The notes beneath the pieces are model-generated. The model worked only from the letters and a program-made list of their open reading frames with translations. It did no database searches and was not told the DNA's origin. A stretch of DNA of 32,000 nt from an uncultured Opitutales bacterium (GTDB taxonomy: Bacteria; Verrucomicrobiota; Verrucomicrobiia; Opitutales; Intestinicryptomonadaceae). Positions within the stretch are counted from its first letter, which is position 1. Every line of letters begins with the position of its first letter. The position numbers and the translations under genes are program-made. Of the stretch, positions 25,821 to 32,000 are shown one piece after another. The DNA is taken from positions 30,366 through 62,365 of the forward strand of contig CAKUIA010000016.1 in assembly GCA_934660865.1 (NCBI GenBank), written 5' to 3'.

Positions 25821-27047
25821 TTAAAACGAGTGAATGAAAAGCCCCGACCTAAGTTTAGGCTCAAACCAGGTGCTTTTGGGGGGCATAATCTGGCCTGCGT
25901 CGGCAATGTCCATAAGCTGGTCGGTAGTTACCGGATACATCGAAAAGGCAACTTTTGCCTTGCCGGAATCTACAATGTTTTCGAGCTCTTTTGTGCCCTT
26001 TATGCCGCCGACAAAGTCTATCCTTTCGTCGGTGCGCGGGTCGCCAATGTTAAGTATCGGGCTAAGAACGTTGTCCTGCAAAACCGAAACGTCTAGCGAT
26101 TTTACCGCGTCTAAAGAGGCGTCTTTCTTGAAGGTTAAAGTGTACCAAAGCTTGTTTAAGTACATGCAAATTTCCAGCGGCTTTGCGGGGCTTTTTTTGC
26201 CGTTTTGCTCTACTTGGCAAACCTTTTGCACCTTTGCCAAAAATTCGCTTTCGGTATTGCCGGCCAAGTCTTTTACAACCCTGTTGTAGGGCAAAATTTT
26301 AAGTTGGCCCGCGGGGAACACAACCGCCAAAAACCAGTTGTAGTCTTCGTCGCCCGTGTGGTTGGGGTTTTCGGCCTTAAGGTCGCGCGCGCAGCGTGCG
26401 TTGCTTGCGCTGCGGTGGTGGCCGTCGGCAACATACGCGCAGGGTATATTTGCAAAGGTTTCGCCTATCTTTTTAAGGGTTTCCTCGTCGTCTATCCTCC
26501 AGCCCGTGTGGCGAATGCCGTCGTCGGCAACAAAGTCGAAAAGGGCGTCTTCGTCTTTTTTGTTTTCTACAATTCTGTCCAGCAAAGTACCGTCTTTTAC
26601 GGTTAAAAATACGGGGCCCGTGTTTACCCTTAGGGTTTTTGTTAGGGTGTAGCGGTCGTTTTCCTTTGCCGCCCTTGTTTTTTCGTGCTTTTTAATTACG
26701 TTGTCGTCGTAGTCTTGCGCGCTAAAAGTTGCAACCAAACCCGTCTGCGCGTGGTCGCCCATAACCTGGCGGTATAGGTACATTGCGGGTTTCTTTTCGC
26801 GCACTAAGTCGCCGTTTTTTACGAGCTTGTCGAAATTTTCCTTCGCGTGTTTGTAAACTTCGGGCGAATAGGGGTCTGTCGATTCGGGCAGCTCTATTTC
26901 CGAGCGCACAACCCTCATAAAGCTGAGGGGTTTGCCTTCGGCCTCCTTAACGGCCTGTTCGTGATTTACAACATCGTACGGCAAAGAGGCGATGTCTTTA
27001 AATTTGTTGTCTGACGGAATTAGGGCTTTAAATGCTTTAATTTTCAT
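25821..27047 (-). CDS. DUF1015 domain-containing protein
   Basis: 408 aa. The F.AL.P......IASLPYDVV N-terminus and the YVADGHHRSAS motif match my recollection of the DUF1015 (PF06245) family. The stop lies 36 nt upstream of the GH20-like ATG on the same strand. Confidence 0.75.
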   Translation of the reverse strand: MKIKAFKALIPSDNKFKDIASLPYDVVNHEQAVKEAEGKPLSFMRVVRSEIELPESTDPYSPEVYKHAKENFDKLVKNGDLVREKKPAMYLYRQVMGDHAQTGLVATFSAQDYDDNVIKKHEKTRAAKENDRYTLTKTLRVNTGPVFLTVKDGTLLDRIVENKKDEDALFDFVADDGIRHTGWRIDDEETLKKIGETFANIPCAYVADGHHRSASNARCARDLKAENPNHTGDEDYNWFLAVVFPAGQLKILPYNRVVKDLAGNTESEFLAKVQKVCQVEQNGKKSPAKPLEICMYLNKLWYTLTFKKDASLDAVKSLDVSVLQDNVLSPILNIGDPRTDERIDFVGGIKGTKELENIVDSGKAKVAFSMYPVTTDQLMDIADAGQIMPPKSTWFEPKLRSGLFIHSF

Positions 27048-27175
27048 TCCGTAGATAATTTCACAAATATGGAAATTTGCAAGCCAACATATAAATAAAG
27101 TTCTTGAAATGTTCGGCGCTTTATAAAAGAATTAACGCAAAATATAAAAATCCGATTTTGAAAGGCAGATATATT

Positions 27176-27970
27176 ATGAAAAGTTTTGGCAGGAAGGGCG
27201 GTTGCCTCTTTAGTCTTATAAAAATGGCGGTGTTTGCCGTTATAGTTTTGGCGGTTGCCGCATACTTTGCGGGGTCGTACTTGGCGTCGCCTGCGGTTAA
27301 ATATGCGGGCAAGGTTATAGGGGTAGACATGGAGCTCGGCTCGGTTTCGTACAGCATAAAAGAGCAGTCCATTCAGGTTAACGACTTTGTTATGGGCAAC
27401 CCCGAAGGCTTTTCGCAAAAGGTTAAGGCCCTTGTTTTAAAAGACGCCTTTTTGGATTTGGATTTGTCTTTGGGCGATGTGCTGAATAAAAAGCTGATAG
27501 AAATAGACGAAATAAAGGTGGACGGCTTTAGCATGTCGCTTGAATATGCAGGCGGCATAATAGGGCTTGCCAAAAACAACTCGAATTTTAACGCGATAAT
27601 AAACAAGCTAAAAAGCCACACAAGCCAGCAGCAACAGGCCGTTGCCGAAAGCAAGTCGGCCGACGAAACTCCCTACAAAGTTGCAATAAAAAAGATTGTG
27701 TTTAAAAACGGACAGATTTCGGGCGCGGTCGGCAACTCGAACGTAACGGTTAAAATTCCCGATTTCGAAATGCAAAACATCGGCAAAAGCGGCGAGGGTA
27801 TAACCATAACCGAGGCCGCAATAAGGGTGTTCGGCGTTCTTACCGAAAGGGCGGTTGGCACGGCGTTAAAAGACGGTTCGAACGCGCTTATACAGGGCGG
27901 TTCCGATGCGGGCACTACAACCGAAGACGCCATAAAGAAGCTGGGCAAATCAATATTCCAGGGCTTGTAA
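27176..27970 (+). CDS. hypothetical N-terminally membrane-anchored protein (weak AsmA/DUF748-like beta-rich pattern)
   Basis: The ATG at 27176 (the track start at 27104 is a TTG) gives MKSFGRKGGCLFSLIKMAVFAVIVLAVAAYFAGSYL, a single TM anchor. The rest is a beta-rich soluble region with a Q/S/T-rich linker. No confident family assignment. Confidence 0.6.
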   Translation: MKSFGRKGGCLFSLIKMAVFAVIVLAVAAYFAGSYLASPAVKYAGKVIGVDMELGSVSYSIKEQSIQVNDFVMGNPEGFSQKVKALVLKDAFLDLDLSLGDVLNKKLIEIDEIKVDGFSMSLEYAGGIIGLAKNNSNFNAIINKLKSHTSQQQQAVAESKSADETPYKVAIKKIVFKNGQISGAVGNSNVTVKIPDFEMQNIGKSGEGITITEAAIRVFGVLTERAVGTALKDGSNALIQGGSDAGTTTEDAIKKLGKSIFQGL

Positions 27971-27998
27971 TATTGGCATATAAACCGATTTTAAAGGG

Positions 27999-28027
27999 GG
28001 CGGTTTTTTAAACCGCCTTGTTTTTTT
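27999..28027 (+). terminator. rho-independent terminator
   Basis: GGCGGTTT-TTT-AAACCGCC followed by TTGTTTTTTT. Confidence 0.8.
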
Positions 28028-28042
28028 ACAAAAGGCGTTTTT

Positions 28043-29293
28043 ATGAATTTTTCGGAAAAGAGAAACATATTGCTTTTGTGCGCGTTGCTATTCTTTTTTC
28101 TTGCGGGCGAAAGCATAATTTTACCCATACTTGCCCCGACTTTGGCCGAGCCTGTTTGCGACAAGCTGGATATGCTGTCCAATGCTTCGAAGCAGCTGCA
28201 CAATTTGGCGTACGGAGCGGCGTTGGGGGTGTTTCCCGTATGTCTATTTTTTGCGGCGCCCATAATAGGTTCGCTTTCCGACAACTATGCCAGAAAGCCG
28301 CTTATAATTGCGGCGGTTGCGGGCGCGTTTTTGTCGTACATACTGCAGGGCTTGGCAATGCAATATATGCTGTTTTTGCCATTTTTTGCGGGCAGGGCGG
28401 TTGCGGGGCTTACAACGGGTGTAGACGGCGTAATACAGGCGTATTTGCTGGATAATTGCCCCGCCGAAAAAAGGGCAAAATACCTTTCGTATACGTTGTT
28501 TGCAATGAGCATTGGGCTGTTTGTAGGCCCGATGTTTGCCGCGGCGTTGATAGACCCCAATTCTACCGAGCCTTTAAGCTGGAGCGTGCCTTTCTACGCG
28601 CTGGCGGCTGTTTTTCTTATAATGCTTATCCCCGTAATCTGCCTTTTGCCGAAAAGGTCTAAAAACGCGCTTGCAAACAAAAAGACAAAGCTGGATTGGC
28701 TTGCGGGCATAAAAGACCTAAAAAGCAGCTGGCGCGAAGTCGATTTGCGCAAACTGAGCATACCGTTTATAATAGTAAACGCGGCTTTCGGCTGTTTTAT
28801 GGCAAGCTCGGCGGTTTGGGTCGAAAAATCTTTGGGCTTTGATATGCGCGAAATTTCGCTTTTCTTTTCGGTAGGCGGCGTTGCCTCGTTCTTTACATAC
28901 GGGTTTTTTGCCCCGAAACTTATAGGCAAATTTGGCGCGCAAAACGTGGCAAAATATTCGGCGGTATTTATAGGCGTAGCTACCTTTGCAATGCTTGTTT
29001 TGCAGTATAAGGTTTTTTGCTATATATTTATGGCGTTTAACTTTTCGGGGATTTCGCTTTTCTACCTTTCGTGCATAGACATATATTCGGGGCTTGTAAG
29101 CGCGCAGCGCAGGGGGTGGATGCTTAGCGTTGCAAGCTCTCTTTGGGGTCTGGCGCAGGGCGTGGGGCTTGCCTTAAGCGGGCTTATTTGCGCCTATATA
29201 GGGGCTATTGGCGGAATGGTATTTTGCGGGGTATTTTCGCTGTTTAGCTTTTATATATTCCCAAAACTTACGCAAAATGCGCACGACGAATAA
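28043..29293 (+). CDS. major facilitator superfamily transporter
   Basis: 416 aa with about 12 hydrophobic segments. MFS motif-A-like GSLSDNYARKPLII between TM2 and TM3. Substrate unknown. Confidence 0.85.
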   Translation: MNFSEKRNILLLCALLFFFLAGESIILPILAPTLAEPVCDKLDMLSNASKQLHNLAYGAALGVFPVCLFFAAPIIGSLSDNYARKPLIIAAVAGAFLSYILQGLAMQYMLFLPFFAGRAVAGLTTGVDGVIQAYLLDNCPAEKRAKYLSYTLFAMSIGLFVGPMFAAALIDPNSTEPLSWSVPFYALAAVFLIMLIPVICLLPKRSKNALANKKTKLDWLAGIKDLKSSWREVDLRKLSIPFIIVNAAFGCFMASSAVWVEKSLGFDMREISLFFSVGGVASFFTYGFFAPKLIGKFGAQNVAKYSAVFIGVATFAMLVLQYKVFCYIFMAFNFSGISLFYLSCIDIYSGLVSAQRRGWMLSVASSLWGLAQGVGLALSGLICAYIGAIGGMVFCGVFSLFSFYIFPKLTQNAHDE

Positions 29294-29462
29294 AAATGCG
29301 CGCAAACCGGCAAAAAATGCTTGCCAAGCGCCGCACAAAAATATTTTATAAAAACTTTTTAAACAATTCGGCATAGTGCCGCCTTGTTTTTAACAGAACA
29401 CTAAACACTAAAAATAGAAAGATTATCCCAGGTTCGCCCAGTGCGAATACGGAGCAAACAAT

Positions 29463-30278
29463 ATGAATATCACAGTAAAAGACTTGATGGACGCAGGCGT
29501 CCATTTCGGACACCAAGTACGCCGCTGGAACCCCCGTTCCAAGCCCTATGTATACGACCACCGTTCGGGCGTATCCATCATCAATCTTGAAAAGACTCTC
29601 GAACAGCTCTCGAAAGCCGCAAAATTCATCGAAGATATCGTTGCCGAAAACAAGGACATTATGTTCGTCGGCACAAAGCGCCAGGCGCAAGACATTCTCC
29701 GCGAAGTGGCCCAGGGCTGCAATATGCCTTTCTGTGTAAATCGTTGGTTGGGCGGCACACTTACAAACTTTGCCACAATATTGACCAGCCTTAAAAAATA
29801 CAAGAAGTTCCTCGATATGGAATCGAGCGGCGAACTCGACAAGCTCTATGCAAAAGAAGCCGCTGCAATACGCCGTCAGATGACCCGTATGAACAGAAAC
29901 TTCGAAGGTATTAAAGACATTTCGGCCCTTCCCGGCGTAGCTTTTGTTGTAGACATCAACAACGAAGAAATTGCAGTTGCCGAATTCAGAAAATTGGGCA
30001 TACCCGTTGTCGCTTTGGTAGACACAAATTCCGACCCGACTTTGGTAGACTTGCCCATTCCCGGCAACGACGACGCCGTAAAGAGCATTAGGCTTATTGC
30101 CGACGTTATCGCCGAAGCCGTACAGGCAGGTTTGGCAAGACGCGTAGTAGAAGTTAAAACTCCCGCAGCTCCCGCAAAGGCTGTTCGCGGCAGAAGGTCG
30201 AAGGCGGAACCCAAGCCCCAGCCCGAAGTTAACATAGCTTCCGACATCAATGTCGACGCGATAAAAGAAGGCAAATAA
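29463..30278 (+). CDS. rpsB: 30S ribosomal protein S2
   Basis: LMDAGVHFGHQVRRWNP....Y......G..IINL.KT, FVGTKRQA, WLGGTLTN and VVDINNEEIAV.E..KLGIPVVALVDTN. GGAG SD 9 nt upstream of the ATG. Confidence 0.97.
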   Translation: MNITVKDLMDAGVHFGHQVRRWNPRSKPYVYDHRSGVSIINLEKTLEQLSKAAKFIEDIVAENKDIMFVGTKRQAQDILREVAQGCNMPFCVNRWLGGTLTNFATILTSLKKYKKFLDMESSGELDKLYAKEAAAIRRQMTRMNRNFEGIKDISALPGVAFVVDINNEEIAVAEFRKLGIPVVALVDTNSDPTLVDLPIPGNDDAVKSIRLIADVIAEAVQAGLARRVVEVKTPAAPAKAVRGRRSKAEPKPQPEVNIASDINVDAIKEGK

Positions 30279-30302
30279 TCAACTAATAGAAAGATTTGCA
30301 TA

Positions 30303-30893
30303 ATGGAAATTACATCTAAAATGGTTGCCGACTTAAGAGCCCGCACGGGTGCCGGCATAGTAGAATGCAAAAAAGCTTTGATAGAAGCCAACGGCAACGA
30401 CGAACAGGCGGTGGAAATTCTCCGCATTAAGGGTGTTGCAACAGCCGCTAAAAAGGCCGGCAGAACGGCATCGCAGGGCTTGATTAGCGCATATGTTCAC
30501 TCGAACAACAAAGTGGGCGTTCTTATCGAAGTTGCCTGCGAATCGGACTTTGTCGCCAAGAATGCGGACTTCCAAACCTTTGTAAAAGATCTTTGCATGC
30601 ACATTGCGGCTTTCTCGCCCGTTTGCATTTCCAAAGACCAAGTTCCCCAGGAATTGGTTGAAAAGGAACGCGAAATTGCCTTGGCCCAGATGGCGGAAGA
30701 CAAAAAACCCGAAGCCATTAAGGAAAAGATTATTGCAGGCAAAATCGACAAGTTCCTTTGCAGCGTAAGCTTGCTTGAACAGCCCTTTGTTAAGGACGAC
30801 AAGCACACCGTAGGCGAAGTTCTTACACAGAAAATCGCAACTATCGGCGAAAAGCTCGAAATCAAAAGATTTACACGCTACCAAATAGGTTAG
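30303..30893 (+). CDS. tsf: translation elongation factor Ts (short ~196-aa form)
   Basis: V..LR..TGAGI.ECKKAL.EA.GN.E.A.E.LR.KG (UBA-like N-terminus), IEVACESDFVAKN. Starts 24 nt after rpsB. Confidence 0.95.
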   Translation: MEITSKMVADLRARTGAGIVECKKALIEANGNDEQAVEILRIKGVATAAKKAGRTASQGLISAYVHSNNKVGVLIEVACESDFVAKNADFQTFVKDLCMHIAAFSPVCISKDQVPQELVEKEREIALAQMAEDKKPEAIKEKIIAGKIDKFLCSVSLLEQPFVKDDKHTVGEVLTQKIATIGEKLEIKRFTRYQIG

Positions 30894-30909
30894 TAGTGTT
30901 TGCAATTTT

Positions 30910-30991
30910 GCTCGAGTGGTGGAATTGGCAGACACGCAGGACTTAGGATCCTGTGCTTCACGGCGTGCGAGTTCAACCCTCGCCTCGAGCA
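30910..30991 (+). tRNA. tRNA-Leu (anticodon UAG), type II with long variable arm; CCA not encoded
   Basis: Folded by hand. Acceptor stem GCTCGAG/CTCGAGC plus discriminator A. D-stem GTG/CAC. Anticodon stem CAGGA/TCCTG with loop CT-TAG-GA. 13-nt variable arm. T-arm GCGAG-TTCAACC-CTCGC. 82 nt. Confidence 0.9.
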
Positions 30992-31000
30992 CTGCAAAAC

Positions 31001-31034
31001 AAAAAGCGGCTTTTTAATTAAGGCCGCTTTTTTT
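31001..31034 (+). terminator. rho-independent terminator after tRNA-Leu
   Basis: GCGGCTTT-TTAATT-AAGGCCGC (one G-U), A5 upstream and T7 downstream. Confidence 0.85.
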
Positions 31035-31081
31035 ATGCGCAAAAACTAGGCGTTTTGGATTTTATGCAATAATACAATTTA

Positions 31082-31094
31082 TTTTTTTTTTTTT
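31082..31094 (+). repeat. T13 homopolymer tract
   Basis: Counted directly (9 + 4 T). Lies 57 nt upstream of the ATG at 31151, abutting a TTGAAT hexamer. Confidence 0.95.
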
Positions 31095-31115
31095 GAATTA
31101 TATTACAATAAATCC

Positions 31116-31144
31116 TTGCTAAATTATACAAACCGTTCCATAAA
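31116..31144 (+). promoter_or_regulatory. candidate promoter TTGCTA-N17-CATAAA ending 6 nt before the ATG (would imply a leaderless or near-leaderless mRNA)
   Basis: Hexamers and spacing read from sequence. No SD is present upstream of the ATG. Confidence 0.25.
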
Positions 31145-31150
31145 GTTTGT

Positions 31151-31705
31151 ATGAAAAATATATTAAAAATTGCGACAATGTTTTTTATTGCGTGCGCTTG
31201 CTCATTTGCAAATGCCGCTCAAATAGAATTAAGGCAGGTTGTTAAAAACAGCGGCAGCAAAACCGTTAATTTAAACTACAACAACAGCTACCAAAAATAC
31301 AAAACGGTAAGGAAAACGTTTACAGTTAGCGTAAAGTCTACATCGCCGATAGACGTTTTAATTGTATTGGCCACATTTAGCGGCAACGACGGCGTTGAGT
31401 GCTCCACAAAGGTTGCAAATATAGATTATAAAACACCGTGCGAACTTAGCGCATTTGCGGCGTCGGAATCGGCCGAAACGAAACTGGATTTTACCTATAT
31501 ACCCGACTACTATTCAAAGCAGGGCAACGCGAAGGTAGACGCCGTTTGCTATGTTTACGACCTAAAAACGGGCAAGCTTATAGGCTCAAAATTTACATCT
31601 AGGATATTTGCCGACGAATTTATAAAAAATGCAAAGCCGCAAATAGACAAGTTGCTTGAAGATGAAATGGCAAAGTTAAAGGCAAAAGAGGCCGCCAAAA
31701 AATAG
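31151..31705 (+). CDS. hypothetical secreted protein (orphan), Lys/Ala/Glu-rich C-terminal tail
   Basis: Signal peptide MKNILKIATMFFIACACSFANA|AQ. 184 aa with no family recognised. Lower GC than the rest of the window (about 39% by hand count). Followed by a strong terminator. Confidence 0.6.
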   Translation: MKNILKIATMFFIACACSFANAAQIELRQVVKNSGSKTVNLNYNNSYQKYKTVRKTFTVSVKSTSPIDVLIVLATFSGNDGVECSTKVANIDYKTPCELSAFAASESAETKLDFTYIPDYYSKQGNAKVDAVCYVYDLKTGKLIGSKFTSRIFADEFIKNAKPQIDKLLEDEMAKLKAKEAAKK

Positions 31706-31748
31706 ACGCTTTTTACGCGGTGAAATTTTTATTTATTAACTTATTTGG

Positions 31749-31775
31749 GTGCGGCATAGTTTGCCGCACTTTTTT
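31749..31775 (+). terminator. rho-independent terminator of the orphan secreted-protein gene
   Basis: Perfect 8-bp stem GTGCGGCA-TAGTT-TGCCGCAC followed by T6. Confidence 0.85.
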
Positions 31776-32000
31776 ATATTCTTTTTTTTGAGCGCATTAT
31801 TTTGCTACCGGCAAAAAAGCAAAAAAAATTTGCTGCAATTTTATACCCATACTATGCGCCCGCTTTTTTTAGGGGCGCCTCTTTTTTGTTCTTTACTAAA
31901 CTTTTTATTTTGTAGTGAGGAAATACGCTCATCGTCAAAGATAGTGGAATGGATAAAAAAAAGGAGGGCAAAGAAGAGAAAAAATCTCTTACAATGCCCA

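Noticed and set aside
30333-30992. 219-aa minus-strand ORF opposite tsf that also overlaps tRNA-Leu
   Set aside because: It lies antisense to a canonical EF-Ts gene and begins inside a tRNA. It is not credible as a gene.
31949-32000. Possible start of a plus-strand ORF (ATG 31949: MDKKKEGKEEKKSLTMP...) and an AAGGAGGG box at 31961-31968
   Set aside because: Only 17 codons are visible. The sequence is low-complexity and Lys/Glu-rich. The SD-like box lies inside the ORF and is 25 nt from the next ATG (31994). It cannot be supported from this window.
1-32000. Scan for CRISPR arrays, tandem repeats, IS elements/transposases/integrases, toxin-antitoxin pairs, restriction-modification or other defence genes, rRNA, tmRNA, RNase P, SRP RNA and known riboswitch cores
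   Set aside because: I saw no regularly spaced direct repeats. No ORF has transposase, integrase, nuclease-defence or toxin-like motifs, and no matching RNA consensus strings were found by eye. The only RNA gene I can support is tRNA-Leu. A computational scan (Infernal/Rfam, CRISPR finders, defence-system HMMs) would be needed to exclude weak hits.

Overview
This window is a gene-dense chromosomal segment, mostly housekeeping. I call about 28 protein genes and one tRNA. My hand counts of 60-nt lines give roughly 45-53% GC over most of the window. The organism looks diderm (Gram-negative type): there is a FadL-type outer-membrane barrel ending in Phe, lipoprotein and signal peptides, and periplasmic FkpA-like and PpiD-like folding factors. 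I cannot assign a taxon from sequence alone.

Genes lie in alternating strand blocks:
- (-) rlmN' - small lipoprotein ORF - CNNM/CBS - uvrA
- (+) ilvB - ppiB
- (-) rsfS - nadD - pdxH - yihY-family - nadK
- (+) ndk - rsmG - fabG, then hup
- (-) fkpA-like
- (+) ppiD-like, fadL-family, GH92
- (-) dxs - xseB
- (+) thymidine-phosphorylase-like gene
- (-) GH20-like - DUF1015
- (+) anchored hypothetical, MFS, rpsB - tsf - tRNA-Leu(UAG), orphan secreted protein

Most convergent junctions carry clear rho-independent, often bidirectional, terminators. Shine-Dalgarno motifs are rare (clear only for fabG and rpsB). Several promoter-like boxes have a strong TTGAC -35.

I found no CRISPR array, transposase or integrase, toxin-antitoxin pair or recognisable defence system. 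I cannot honestly point to a compelling novel multi-gene system. The observations most worth a second look are:
- a thymidine/pyrimidine-nucleoside-phosphorylase homologue whose family-signature glycine loop is completely replaced
- a compositional break (about 35-39% GC) right after tRNA-Leu, containing a T13 tract and an orphan secreted protein
- several unexplained intergenic inverted repeats: a 22-bp one between ppiD-like and fadL, a 9-bp one in the fadL leader, and a 12-bp one between nadK and ndk
- an ECF/sigma-E-like motif upstream of fkpA
- a DUF1015 - cytoplasmic GH20 gene pair
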